A stretch of 64,000 nucleotides of DNA, from IMG/VR virus record IMGVR_UViG_2558860984_000001, positions 32,001 to 96,000 of that record. The stretch is one strand, 5' to 3'. The position numbers were made by a program, and so were the translations under genes. This document shows positions 37,704-48,085 of this stretch, in pieces. Positions within the stretch are counted from its first letter, which is position 1; every line of letters starts with the position of its first letter. The notes under the pieces were generated by a model. That model did no database searches and was not told the origin of the DNA. It was given only the letters and a program-made list of their open reading frames with translations. The stretch comes from a virus (Duplodnaviria; Caudoviricetes).

Positions 37704-39160
37704 AGCTCACCCGCAGCCGGTCCCTGTCTGCCGCCGCGGCACGGTTCACCACCCGCATCTTCGGCAGCGGCAGCGGCAAGTCCACGGCACCAGACCAGTC
37801 GTGGCAGAAACGCGCCTGGGACATGTACAAGACGACGCCTGAGGTCAGGTTCGTCGCGACCTGGACCGGGAACGCCATGTCCCACCTCCGGCTGACCGCT
37901 GGCCTGATCCAGCCCGACGGCAGCATCGAGGAGGCGCCCGAAGGCTCCCGCGCCGCCGAACTCGTTGCCTCGATTGCCGGAGGCCCCGAAGGCCAGTCTG
38001 AACTCATGGCCGCCTTCGGCAGGCACCTGACGGTCGCCGGAGAAGGCTGGACCGTTATCCGCCCCGCTGACACCAGCGAGGCGGGCGCCGTGCCAGGAGG
38101 GATGCAGGGGGAAGAGTGGCACGTGCTGTCCACCTCTGAGGTGCAGCACAGACGCGGCAAACTCACAGCGGAGATCAACGGCGACGAAGTTGACATTCCC
38201 GCCGCCGACCCAGATACCCCACCCACGCCGGACACCCCACTCGCGATCCGCGTATGGACACCGTCCCCCGAGCGCCACATCGAGGCCGACTCCCCGATGC
38301 GGTCGTGCCTAGAGCTGCTGGAGGAACTGCGACTCCTCCACGCCGCAGTCAAGGCCATCATCCGCAGCAGGATCACCGGCCGCGGCGTCCTTATGATCCC
38401 CAAAGGCGCCCGATTCCCGACCACCCCCGGCCAAGGCGACGCAGAAGACAGCCTGATCGACGTGTTTATGGAAGTCGCCGAAACCGCCATCAGAGAGCCG
38501 GAATCCGCCGCAGCGACCGTCCCGATCATCCTGGAAATGCCGCAGGACGCTATCGATGGCCTGAAGTGGCAAACATTCGAGTCCGCCTTCGACGAACTCG
38601 CCATCCGGTTGCGTGAGGAGGCCATCCGTCGCTACGCCCTCGGGCAGGACATCCCACCTGAGGTACTGCTAGGCATGGGCGCCTCCGTCAATCACTGGAA
38701 CGTGTGGGCGCTGAGCGAGGAAGCCGTTCGTCTCGGAGTCCTCCCCAAAGGCAAAACCGTCGCCCACGCCTTCACCACCCAATGGCTGCGCCCCATGCTC
38801 GCCGCCGAAGGCGACCCTGAGGCACACACGTGGGTGGTGCAGGTCGACTCCAGCACTCTCCGCGTCCGCGCCAACCGCGCCCAGACCGCCCTCGACGTCT
38901 ACGACCGCGGCGGCATCAGCGCCACCGCCCTCCGCCGAGAGACCGGATTCGACGAAGCCGACGCGCCCACACCGGAAGAGTCCGCTGCCCGCCGACCCAC
39001 GGCCAGCACAGCCACACCGCCGCGGCTACCCGTAGACGAGACCGGCGCCGAACCTGCCACCCAACCCGACTCGGGTCAGCCCCCACCGGCCGAGCGCACC
39101 ACCAGCACGGCCCCCACCACCCAGCCCACCGCGGAGACCAGGCCGGAGGAACCTCGATGA
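37700..39160 (+). CDS. portal protein
   Basis: Position between TerL and MuF; WQKRAWDMY...HLTVAGEGW...PPEVLLG...NHWNVW as in actinophage portals. Confidence 0.85.
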   Translation: MKLTRSRSLSAAAARFTTRIFGSGSGKSTAPDQSWQKRAWDMYKTTPEVRFVATWTGNAMSHLRLTAGLIQPDGSIEEAPEGSRAAELVASIAGGPEGQSELMAAFGRHLTVAGEGWTVIRPADTSEAGAVPGGMQGEEWHVLSTSEVQHRRGKLTAEINGDEVDIPAADPDTPPTPDTPLAIRVWTPSPERHIEADSPMRSCLELLEELRLLHAAVKAIIRSRITGRGVLMIPKGARFPTTPGQGDAEDSLIDVFMEVAETAIREPESAAATVPIILEMPQDAIDGLKWQTFESAFDELAIRLREEAIRRYALGQDIPPEVLLGMGASVNHWNVWALSEEAVRLGVLPKGKTVAHAFTTQWLRPMLAAEGDPEAHTWVVQVDSSTLRVRANRAQTALDVYDRGGISATALRRETGFDEADAPTPEESAARRPTASTATPPRLPVDETGAEPATQPDSGQPPPAERTTSTAPTTQPTAETRPEEPR

Positions 39161-39564
39161 CCACCCCCACCACGAACCCGGCACGCGCCGCGCTCATAGC
39201 CGCCGCGGACGGCGCGATCTGGGCCGCGCTCACCCAGGCCGGGATCAAGCTCCGCGGCACCGCCCTGTGCCCGCGCAGCCGCCGCGCCCAGGCACGGACC
39301 GTCACCCCCGCCCTCCTCCACACGACGCTGCCCATGACCGCCGAGGCCATCGACCACTACAAGGTCCTCGCCGGGGCCTGGGACCGTATCCCCGAGCTGG
39401 CCGCCCGCCACGGCGTCGACGCCGGATGCCTCACCACCGCCCTCGACTCGTACTGCCGCGAGCTGCTGGCCGCCGGCCAGCCCCACGACGCCGCGTACGT
39501 CCCCCGCATCATCGCCTCCTGCCGCACCCTCCGCGCCCACGACACCGAGACCGCCCATGGCTGA
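39157..39564 (+). CDS. hypothetical protein, portal-associated
   Basis: GGAGG RBS, ATGA coupling. Confidence 0.7.
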   Translation: MTTPTTNPARAALIAAADGAIWAALTQAGIKLRGTALCPRSRRAQARTVTPALLHTTLPMTAEAIDHYKVLAGAWDRIPELAARHGVDAGCLTTALDSYCRELLAAGQPHDAAYVPRIIASCRTLRAHDTETAHG

Positions 39565-39736
39565 CTGCCCGTACTGCTGGGGCGGCCACGGCTGCGATCT
39601 CGACGAACACCATCCCGGCGACCACGAGTGCCGCACCGGGCACGTAGAGCAGGGCGACGAACCTGACACCCGCCCCCGCCGTCACCCCGATGTCTTCCAC
39701 TGCCGCACCGACGAGCCGGAGCATGCCCATGGCTGA
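39557..39736 (+). CDS. 59-aa Cys/His-rich microprotein (not in the ORF track)
   Basis: MADCPYCWGGHGCDLDEHHPGDHECRTGH...; overlaps both neighbours by 8 bp. Confidence 0.55.
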   Translation: MADCPYCWGGHGCDLDEHHPGDHECRTGHVEQGDEPDTRPRRHPDVFHCRTDEPEHAHG

Positions 39737-42700
39737 CCCCCTCGCCGCTGCCGAGCAGGACATCGCCGATGCCGTCGCCGCAGCGCTTGCCGACACCGCC
39801 GATGAATACGGCCGCGCCCTCAACGGCGCTACCGAGCTGGTCGCGGCCCGCTTCAGCGTTGGCCGTATCGCCGGCATGTGGGCGCGCCGTGTCCCGGCCC
39901 TGGTGCGCCGGCTCCTCGGCGTAGCGGAGACCGCGGCACAGCAGACCGCCACGGATGTCGACGCCGAGCTGCCCGACGGCTGGACGGACCTCCCCGCCCG
40001 GCACCAGGACGGCCGCCGGCTGCCCGACGGCATCGGCCGGTACGCCACAGCTACGGAGGCCCTGCTGAACGCCGTCGGCGACCGCCTCGCCGACGCCGCC
40101 GTCCGCGAACTCGCCGCCGGCCTCAACCGGGACGAGTCTGTCGACCAGCTCCGCGCCCGCCTCCTGGAGGCATTCGCCCGCGACGGCGCCCAGCTCGGGC
40201 CCGGCCGCGAACAGCGGATCGCCCAGACCGAAGCCGTACGGGCGTGGAACACCGCCGTCCTGGCCGCCGCCCGCGACCTCACCACCCCGGACAGGCCCCT
40301 GGTCAAGCAGTGGCTCACGAGGAACGACAGCAGTGTGCGCAGCGCGCACCGAGCGGCGGCAGGCCAGCTCCGCCTCCTCGATGAACCGTTCAGGGTCGCC
40401 GGCACGAGCATGCAGGCCCCCGGCGACCCCAGCGCACCGCCGGCCCTCACCGTCAACTGCCGCTGCCGCCTGGCAATCGCACCAGAACCGCGTACCGCAT
40501 CCTTGGAATCTCACGCGGCGCCGTCGGCAGCATGTTCAGATCCAAGGGAGAGTCGAGTGGACAAGACCGCGGCCAGCAGCGCGCACACCGGCGCGATGAT
40601 CGCCCTGGCGCCGACCGTCGAGGACGCGCAACGCCTTGCCCTGGACTCACCCGGCGCCGAACCCGCCGGCGAGCTGCACCTGACCCTCTTCTACCTGGGC
40701 GAGGCATCCGACTGGGACGAGGAGCACCGCGCCGACCTCCTCCAGCGCCTCACCGACCGGGCCCAGGACCTGCTGCCCCTCACCGGGCAGGCGTTCGGCG
40801 CGAACCAGTGGAACGCCAACGGCGACGAGCCGTGCTGGGTGTGGGCCGTCGGCGACGACCGCGACACAGACGGCCCGGGTCTGGAGACGACCCGCGCCGC
40901 GGCCGTGAACGCGCTGGAGGACCAGCTCCGGCAGCCGCAGTTGCCGGCGCAGCACTCGCCGTGGCAGCCGCATGTCTGTGCCGCGTACTCCCGCAGTCCG
41001 GCCCTGCTCACGGCGATGAACGAACGCCTCGGCCCCGTCCGCTTCGACCGGCTGCGCGTCGCGTTCGCAGGCGAGTACACCGACATCCCGCTGGGACCGC
41101 CGACGCAGGAGGACCCCATGGACAACGACCAGCACAACCAGCCGCAGCACCTCGCGGCACGCCGATGGTCCACTCCCGGCGACGCTGGCCTGGCATTCGA
41201 GAACCAGCAGACCGGAGACGGCCGCGTGTTCCGCGCCGGTGCGCTCTACTGGGACGGGGCCGGCCCGTGGCCGCTGCAGTACGCCGAGGAGATGCTCACG
41301 GGCCACGAAGGCGCCGAGCTGGCGGGTGCTATCGAGCTGTTGGAGCGAGACGACTACCGCCTCGCCTCCAACGGCGTTCTCTACCCCGGTCGCCCCGCCG
41401 GCGCCGACGCGCTGATGCTGCTTGAAGAGGGCGCCCCGCTCGGAGTGTCCGTCGACCTGGACAACGTCACCGTCGAGTTCGTCGACACCACCGGGCGGGC
41501 CGTAGGCGATCCCGACGACGAGGTGGTGCTGCTTGCCGCGGCGCTGCCGTCCGCGTCGTTCCTCCGCCTCGCCGATGGCTCGTGGGCGGTCACCGCCACG
41601 GCGACCGCCGGGTGGACCGCCTCCGGACAGGTCATGTCCCGCACCGCTGCCGGCGCGCAGATCATCACCGGCCCCGACGGGCGTATCCCCGCCACCGCCG
41701 TACAAGCCGCGTTCGGCCCGACCGGCACCCTCACTGCCGGCGCAGGCGCCCCAGACCCGGAGGACGGCATCGTGCTGCACTCCGAATCGGCAGGCGACCT
41801 GCTGATGCGGGTGACCCGAGCCCGGGTCCGCGGCGCCACCCTCGTCAGCGTGCCGGCATTCGACCAGGCCCGCATCGTCCTCGACCCCCAGCCAGGCACC
41901 GAGCCGGTCGCTGACCCGCAGGGGAACGACCAGGGCCGGGACGACGAGGAGATGACCGCCGCAGCCGCGGGCACCCTCCTGCGTCGCGTCGTCGACTACG
42001 TCACCACCGCGCCGCATCCCGTCGGCGCCCGCGACACCGGCCAAGCGCTGGACATCACGATGACCTCTGCCCGCGGCGCGCTGAACCGTGCCGCCGCGAA
42101 GGAGCTGATCGTCCGTCTGGCCCGCGGCCTGTACGTCGGCAACCCCAGCCTCGGCGAGGACAAGACCCGCACCGCCGCCCCAGTGACAGCCCCGTTGACG
42201 GCTGCGGTGTCCGGTGACCTCGACCTGCCGGTTCTCCCCGAACGCGACGCCGAGTGGGACGGCGACAAGGCCGCTTCCCGGATCCTCGCGTGGGCCACCG
42301 ACGAAGACGGCAACGTCGACGCCGACAAGCTCTCCCAAGGGTTCCTCTACCGCGACGACACCGCGAACCCCGCGACCGTGAGCGCGTACAAGCTGCCGTT
42401 CGCTGACGCCATCACACGCGGCGACACCCAGCACCTGGAGATCATCGACACCGCCGTCTACACCATCGCCAACGTCCTCCAAGGCGGCATGGGCGGCGTC
42501 GATCTGCCCGACGATGACCGGGAGGCCATCCGAGGCCGCGTCGAGGAACTGTACGCCCGTCTCGCAGGCGAGTTCGACGACGACTCGATCGCTCCGCCCT
42601 GGGCCGACGACAAGAACACCAGCGACGACCAGCCGGACGACAGCGGGGAGGAACAGGCGTCAGCAGCTCTGGTCGCCTCCGCTTGGACCGCCATGCGCGA

Positions 42701-43505
42701 AGCCCCACCCATGCCCGCCGAATGGTTCCGCGAGCCAACCGCGGCCGAGCTTCCGCCTGGCTCCGGTGGTGTCCACGTCGACGGCGGACGCATCTACGGC
42801 TGGGTTGCCCAGGTCGGAGAACCCCACGCCGGAATGCCCGGCCGCAACCTCACCATCGAATCGCTCGGCGACATCGACCTCAGCCACTTCAACCGGGCCC
42901 ACTTCAAGCTCGATGACGGCTCAGTGGTCCGGGCCGGCGCCATGACGATGAATGCCGGCCATCACAACGACGGCGCCACGTGCGAAACCTCCGCCTGTCA
43001 ATTCGACGACACGCGAACGGTCGCAGGAATCGTGCGAGTCGGCCAGAACGACCGCGGCCTGTGGTTCAGCGGTGCAGCAGCTCCGTGGCTGGACACCTGG
43101 GACGACCTGACTTTCCGGGCATGCCAGCCCAGCTACCACATGATCCAGGGCCGTGACGGACGCTGGCAGCTCCGCGCAGTCCTCTCCGTACCCGTCCCCG
43201 GCCACTCCAGCCCGCTGCTGGCCGCGTTCGCCGAGCGCTCCAACCTCGCCCTCACCGCAGCCAGCACCGCGCCCACACCGGATGACTCACCGATCAGCAC
43301 CGCGCAGCGGCGGCAGATCGGCGAGATCACCGCCACTCTGGCGACGATCAACGACCAGATCAGCGGGCTCCGCGACCAGATCGCCGCCCTCAACCAGCCT
43401 CCGGCACCGGCCCCCACCGGCGACCCGGTCCAAGACGAGATCAATGCCCTGGCCGCGCGAGTCGAACTCGCAGCCTCTGCCGCACCGACACGAGAAAGGC
43501 CCTGA
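39729..43505 (+). CDS. MuF-like minor head protein fused to 2H phosphodiesterase and capsid maturation protease regions
   Basis: RIAQTE, KQWLTRND..VR..H, NCRC (MuF); HLT and HVC (2H); TGDGR, GVSVDLD, GATLV..PAF (prohead protease). Confidence 0.85.
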   Translation: MADPLAAAEQDIADAVAAALADTADEYGRALNGATELVAARFSVGRIAGMWARRVPALVRRLLGVAETAAQQTATDVDAELPDGWTDLPARHQDGRRLPDGIGRYATATEALLNAVGDRLADAAVRELAAGLNRDESVDQLRARLLEAFARDGAQLGPGREQRIAQTEAVRAWNTAVLAAARDLTTPDRPLVKQWLTRNDSSVRSAHRAAAGQLRLLDEPFRVAGTSMQAPGDPSAPPALTVNCRCRLAIAPEPRTASLESHAAPSAACSDPRESRVDKTAASSAHTGAMIALAPTVEDAQRLALDSPGAEPAGELHLTLFYLGEASDWDEEHRADLLQRLTDRAQDLLPLTGQAFGANQWNANGDEPCWVWAVGDDRDTDGPGLETTRAAAVNALEDQLRQPQLPAQHSPWQPHVCAAYSRSPALLTAMNERLGPVRFDRLRVAFAGEYTDIPLGPPTQEDPMDNDQHNQPQHLAARRWSTPGDAGLAFENQQTGDGRVFRAGALYWDGAGPWPLQYAEEMLTGHEGAELAGAIELLERDDYRLASNGVLYPGRPAGADALMLLEEGAPLGVSVDLDNVTVEFVDTTGRAVGDPDDEVVLLAAALPSASFLRLADGSWAVTATATAGWTASGQVMSRTAAGAQIITGPDGRIPATAVQAAFGPTGTLTAGAGAPDPEDGIVLHSESAGDLLMRVTRARVRGATLVSVPAFDQARIVLDPQPGTEPVADPQGNDQGRDDEEMTAAAAGTLLRRVVDYVTTAPHPVGARDTGQALDITMTSARGALNRAAAKELIVRLARGLYVGNPSLGEDKTRTAAPVTAPLTAAVSGDLDLPVLPERDAEWDGDKAASRILAWATDEDGNVDADKLSQGFLYRDDTANPATVSAYKLPFADAITRGDTQHLEIIDTAVYTIANVLQGGMGGVDLPDDDREAIRGRVEELYARLAGEFDDDSIAPPWADDKNTSDDQPDDSGEEQASAALVASAWTAMREAPPMPAEWFREPTAAELPPGSGGVHVDGGRIYGWVAQVGEPHAGMPGRNLTIESLGDIDLSHFNRAHFKLDDGSVVRAGAMTMNAGHHNDGATCETSACQFDDTRTVAGIVRVGQNDRGLWFSGAAAPWLDTWDDLTFRACQPSYHMIQGRDGRWQLRAVLSVPVPGHSSPLLAAFAERSNLALTAASTAPTPDDSPISTAQRRQIGEITATLATINDQISGLRDQIAALNQPPAPAPTGDPVQDEINALAARVELAASAAPTRERP

Positions 43506-43507
43506 CC

Positions 43508-43762
43508 ATGGCCTGTGCCTGCAACAAGAACAACCCCAGGTGGGAAGTCGTCACGAGCAGCGGCGCCACCGAGCGGATCGTCTACAGCGCCAGCACTGAG
43601 TCGAGGGCCCGCTCGATCGCCAAGCGCTACCCCGGCAGCACCGTGCGGAGGAACCCGCCCGCCGCGCAGCCGGCTGGGCAGACCACCCAGCCGGCCGCCC
43701 GCACGGCGGCCGGCCGCACTCCTCCGCGGGCCGCGAAAGTCAGCCCCACGACCCACGGCTGA
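43508..43762 (+). CDS. small virion-region protein (MACAC N-terminus)
   Basis: GAAAGG RBS; N-terminal CxC. Confidence 0.7.
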   Translation: MACACNKNNPRWEVVTSSGATERIVYSASTESRARSIAKRYPGSTVRRNPPAAQPAGQTTQPAARTAAGRTPPRAAKVSPTTHG

Positions 43763-43900
43763 CCCCTGGACACCCCCGGGTAGCGGCAGCGTGCGCCACC
43801 TCAGCTCGCTCCCGCCCGGGGACTAAGATCGAACTCCCAACTGAATAACCGCTGGTTCTGGGCCGGGTATCTCTCGTGAACTCCACTGGAGAGCCCACCC

Positions 43901-45613
43901 ATGACGTTCGAAGTCCCCGAGGACATCACCCAGCTCAACGACGACGAACTCGCCCAGGCCCTCGACGGCGCCCGCGAAGCGTTCCACGCGATGTCGACGG
44001 CCCAGGCCGTCACCGCGGACGACCTGACGCAGATGCGTGAACTGGCTACCGTCGTGGAGTCCATCCGCGGCGAGCAGACCGCCCGCCTGGAGGCCGCGCA
44101 GCAAGCCGCCGCCGAGATCGACGCCCTGGCCGCGCAGGTCCGCGGCACCGACCCGGATCCCGACACCGACGCGGCCGACGGCGACGCGGACGAGACCGAC
44201 AGCACCGCAGAGGCCACCGCCTCCGCCGACACCGAGCCCGAGACCGCCCCCGAGCCGGAGACCGCCACCGCCACCGCCTCCGCCGGCGTCGTCAACCCCA
44301 ACGGCGGCGGCACCCTCATGCCCCGGCGCCGCGCCCTGGACCTCTCCGCCGTCCGCCGCGCCCAGCCCCGCGTCCTGCCCCCGGACCCCAACCCGCGCCC
44401 GGAGATCACCGCCAGCGTGGACGTGCCCGGCTACCAGCCCGGCCAGCCGCTGGACATGGAAGGCGTGACCGAGGGCATCATCCGCCGCGCGAACGCCCTC
44501 AAGACCGCCGGCGGGGGCGTGGGCCTGACCGCGAGCTACCGCCTGCCGTTCGACAAGAGCCTGATCGTCAACGACAGCTCGTCGGGTACCGAGGGAACCC
44601 GGTCCGTCATCCTCGCCGCTGACCAGTCCCGCCTGAACGGCGGCAACATCGTCGCGTCCGGCGGCTGGTGCGCGCCCAGTGAAACGGTCTACGACCTCGC
44701 GTCCATCGCCTGCCCCGAAATGCTGTGGGACGCCCCGGAAATCATGCTCGCCCGCGGCGGCCTGCGGTTCTTCCCCATCCCGTCGCTCGACGTCGCGTCC
44801 ATGACGTGGGTCCACACCGAGGCCGACGACATCGCCGGCTCCGAAAAGCCCTGCTTCCGCATCCCGTGCCCGGAACCCGTCGAGGTCAGGTGCGACGCGA
44901 TCGGCGTCTGCCTGGAGTCGGGGATCTTGACCCAGAGGCATTTTCCCGAACTCGTCGCCTGGTACCAGAGCAACATCATGGTCGCCCACGAACTCAGGAT
45001 CAGGCAGCACCTGTTCGAGCAGGCGATCACCCAGGCCACCCCCGTCACCCTCCCGGAGACCTTCGGCGCCCTGTCGGCCGTCTACCACGCCATCGCCATG
45101 CAGGCCGCCGACATGGTCGAGCGCCACGCCCTGTGCGACAGCATCAACATCGAGGTCGTCCTGCCCTGGTGGAGCCGCTCGCTGATGCTTGCCGACCTCG
45201 CCCGCCAGAACGGCCGCGCCCTCGAAGAGGTGTCCGTCGAGCAGCTCGTGGCTCTCTTCGCGTCGCTCGGCGTCGGCATCCAGTGGGCCCGCGGCCTCGG
45301 CCCCGCCGTCCCGACCGATATCGGCGGCCAGACCCCCATCACCTCCTGGCCCGCGCAGATCCAGATGCTCATGTACGTCGCCGGGTCCCTGCAGATCGGT
45401 CGCGGCGGCGAGATCAGCCTCGGCGTCGTACACGACTCGACGAAATTCTCGACGAACGATTACACCGCCCTCTTCTCAGAGGAGTGCGTCGCGCTGATCA
45501 ACAGGGGCCCGGACCTGCGCCTGATCACCTTGCCCGTCTGCCCGAGCGGCGAGACCGGCGCCCAGACCCTCATGCTCTGCGACGCCTCTCCGGGCGAGCA
45601 GTCCCCGTCTTGA
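43901..45613 (+). CDS. major capsid (hexamer) protein
   Basis: N-terminal coiled scaffold-like region; ASGGWCAPSETVYD, ARGG, HDS...NDY..LFSEE typical of actinophage hexamer capsid proteins. Confidence 0.9.
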   Translation: MTFEVPEDITQLNDDELAQALDGAREAFHAMSTAQAVTADDLTQMRELATVVESIRGEQTARLEAAQQAAAEIDALAAQVRGTDPDPDTDAADGDADETDSTAEATASADTEPETAPEPETATATASAGVVNPNGGGTLMPRRRALDLSAVRRAQPRVLPPDPNPRPEITASVDVPGYQPGQPLDMEGVTEGIIRRANALKTAGGGVGLTASYRLPFDKSLIVNDSSSGTEGTRSVILAADQSRLNGGNIVASGGWCAPSETVYDLASIACPEMLWDAPEIMLARGGLRFFPIPSLDVASMTWVHTEADDIAGSEKPCFRIPCPEPVEVRCDAIGVCLESGILTQRHFPELVAWYQSNIMVAHELRIRQHLFEQAITQATPVTLPETFGALSAVYHAIAMQAADMVERHALCDSINIEVVLPWWSRSLMLADLARQNGRALEEVSVEQLVALFASLGVGIQWARGLGPAVPTDIGGQTPITSWPAQIQMLMYVAGSLQIGRGGEISLGVVHDSTKFSTNDYTALFSEECVALINRGPDLRLITLPVCPSGETGAQTLMLCDASPGEQSPS

Positions 45614-45632
45614 CCTCGCCCCTTCCGGAAAC

Positions 45633-45670
45633 GCCGGGCCCTGTCCTCCCCCCCCGGGACAGGGCCCGGC
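45633..45670 (+). terminator. 14-bp stem-loop after the capsid gene
   Basis: GCCGGGCCCTGTCC / GGACAGGGCCCGGC. Confidence 0.65.
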
Positions 45671-45698
45671 ACACCCCACCCGAAGGAGGTGAGGCACC

Positions 45699-46541
45699 GT
45701 GGCGCTGTACCAAGTCGTCGAGGCCATCGAAGGCAGTCCGCTTCCCCACGGGCTGCTGAACTCGTGCGCCCAGGTCGCCGACGTCGCTGATCCGCATGAG
45801 CTGATGGGCGTGGAGTGGCTCGCCCTCGGTTGCTGCCCGGTCAACGTGTGGGAGGACCCCTGCACCACCGACTCCCCAGGCGAAGTCAGTCCGGGGGAGG
45901 AGTCGCCTGGCTCCCGCGAAAAGGAGTTCTGTCGGCCCACGGTCGAACACGCCCGCCCGCTGACGGTGTATGCGGCGGCGGAGTGCGGGGCGATCGGCTG
46001 GTCCTACGCCGAGGCACGGGAGCAGGTCCTCGCCACTCTCGAACTCGGAGAGCAGCGCGCCGTCGAGGAGGGCTTCTGGCGCAACACCCTCGCCCCCACC
46101 GCGATCGACCTGACCCCACCCGAGGGCCCCGTGTCCATAGCCCAGGGCGTCGCAGCGCTTGAGGGCTGCCTTGCCGAGTCGTACGGATCTCAGGGCCTGT
46201 TGCACGTGCCCGCGGGGGCGGCGGCTCTGCTGGGCTGCTGCAACGTTGTCCACCGCGACCCGGACGGGACGCTGTCCACCCTGGCGGGGAACTGCGTCAC
46301 CATCTCCTCTGGCGCATCCGCCATCAACGAGGGCCCCGACGGCATGCCGGCGGAGGCGGGCACGGCATGGCTGGCGATCTCCGGGCCGGTCGTGGTGCGC
46401 CGCGGCCCGGTTCACGTCGTCCCGGACCGTCCGAGCGCAGCCATCGACCGGTTCAACACGCTGCGCCTCATCGCGGAGCGCACATACGTCGCGGCCACCA
46501 CATGCACCACCTGCATGATCCGAATCGAGCTGTGTCCATGA
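45699..46541 (+). CDS. major capsid pentamer-like protein
   Basis: AAGGAGGT RBS; follows MCP; LELGEQRAVEEGFW, AERTYV motifs. Confidence 0.75.
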   Translation: MALYQVVEAIEGSPLPHGLLNSCAQVADVADPHELMGVEWLALGCCPVNVWEDPCTTDSPGEVSPGEESPGSREKEFCRPTVEHARPLTVYAAAECGAIGWSYAEAREQVLATLELGEQRAVEEGFWRNTLAPTAIDLTPPEGPVSIAQGVAALEGCLAESYGSQGLLHVPAGAAALLGCCNVVHRDPDGTLSTLAGNCVTISSGASAINEGPDGMPAEAGTAWLAISGPVVVRRGPVHVVPDRPSAAIDRFNTLRLIAERTYVAATTCTTCMIRIELCP

Positions 46542-47134
46542 ACACGAACCAGTCGACGATCCATGTACAGCCGGCCCCGCCGATGCGCCGCCGGTTCGCT
46601 CAGTGGGCGGTCGCGCAGCGACCTAAGGTGCGCACCATCAGCACGCACGAGTTCGCTGTGCCTCCACGGCTGTACGTGGACATGCCGGAAGAGCTGCTGC
46701 GCGGCTCCACGGTCGACGGGCACCCCTACGTCTCGCCGGAAGAGCCCACGGCACCCACGGTGGCGACAGCGGCGACGAAGAACGCACAGCCCCCTGGCCC
46801 CGACAGCGGCGCGGGCGGGGCCAGGGCTGCTGCCGCGCACGAGGAGGAACCGTCTACCGCCCCCGTCGAGCCGGCGGTTGACGGAACGACCGGCAGCAGT
46901 GTTCCGGTCCCGGAGAGGGCGCCGGGACCGGAACACCACCCCACCACCGCTCTTGCATCGGACGATCCGGCGTTCAGCCTCCCCGGGCCATCGGGGGAGC
47001 AGGAGCCGGCGGAGGAGTCGCCTGGGGACGCCGACAGCGCCGCGTTCGAGTGCGCTGAGTGCGACCGGCCGTTCACCTCTGCACGCGGCCGAGAGATGCA
47101 CCGCCGCCGAGTCCACGTATCCCGAGAGGCGTGA
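46538..47134 (+). CDS. hypothetical protein with C-terminal C2H2-like zinc finger
   Basis: ATGA coupling; FECAECDRPFTSARGREMHRRRVH. Confidence 0.7.
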   Translation: MNTNQSTIHVQPAPPMRRRFAQWAVAQRPKVRTISTHEFAVPPRLYVDMPEELLRGSTVDGHPYVSPEEPTAPTVATAATKNAQPPGPDSGAGGARAAAAHEEEPSTAPVEPAVDGTTGSSVPVPERAPGPEHHPTTALASDDPAFSLPGPSGEQEPAEESPGDADSAAFECAECDRPFTSARGREMHRRRVHVSREA

Positions 47135-47137
47135 GCA

Positions 47138-48085
47138 GTGCCGATCGAGCCTCTACCCTGCGGCCCGGAGGGTCCCCCTCCGGGCCCCGGTGAGCCGTCG
47201 TGCTGCTCGCCGTCGATCAGCGCCGTGCCGCTGTGCAGGACGGACGGCAGCATGGTGCTGCTGGTGCTGCGCTCGATATGTGGGTGCGAAGGCGGGCCGG
47301 AGCCGGAGCCGGAGGCGGTTGGCTGGATCGACCCGGCCACCGGCGTGTTCACGCCCGGCCTGGCCCCGGACGGCGCCGGGCCCTGCAGCCCCGGACCGGG
47401 GCCGAGCCCGGAGTCGTGCGCCACGGTCGCCGTCCTGCGCCTGTGCGACCACACCACCGACCCCGACACCGGGGAGACGGCGTGCACGGAGTTCCTCCGG
47501 TTTCTCCCGGTGGACTGCGAGGGCACCCCGGGCACGCCGGTCGACCGCGACCGTGACGGCGTCACGCCGTATCTCCCCGACGGCGAGGTCGTCGACTGCT
47601 CAGACTGCGCATGCACGAGCAACACGAAGACGCTCGTGCTATGCGACTGGCAGCTCGACGGTACGAAGATGCCGTTCGTACGCACCCTCACGTACGACTG
47701 CGATACCGGCGAGGTGCTGCAGCAGGCCGACTCCACCCCGAGCGGGGAGCCGTACACGCCGGTCGGGGAGGTAGACGACTGCGATGCCTGCCATCCGCTC
47801 CCGATGTGCCCGCAGCTGGTCGGAATCTCCGGCCCTGACACCTGGACGATGCCCACCCGGACGGAGTCCGTCACGGTCACCGTGGTGTGTGGTCCCGTCG
47901 ACATCACGGACTGCGCCGGCGCTACGACGACCGTGAACGAGTGCGGGACGGGCTTCACATGGTCGGCACCGCCCGGCGACTGCATCCCGGGGCGTCTCTG
48001 CGGCCCCTTCACTGTCGACGTTCCTTACGGATCGGCCGCCTACATCCAGCTCCTCGGCCCCTGCGATCTGGGAGACGTGTCGTGA
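47138..48085 (+). CDS. Cys-rich virion structural/decoration protein
   Basis: Two LCD...FLR/FVR...PYxPxGEVxDC repeats shared with 49199..53773. Confidence 0.75.
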   Translation: MPIEPLPCGPEGPPPGPGEPSCCSPSISAVPLCRTDGSMVLLVLRSICGCEGGPEPEPEAVGWIDPATGVFTPGLAPDGAGPCSPGPGPSPESCATVAVLRLCDHTTDPDTGETACTEFLRFLPVDCEGTPGTPVDRDRDGVTPYLPDGEVVDCSDCACTSNTKTLVLCDWQLDGTKMPFVRTLTYDCDTGEVLQQADSTPSGEPYTPVGEVDDCDACHPLPMCPQLVGISGPDTWTMPTRTESVTVTVVCGPVDITDCAGATTTVNECGTGFTWSAPPGDCIPGRLCGPFTVDVPYGSAAYIQLLGPCDLGDVS

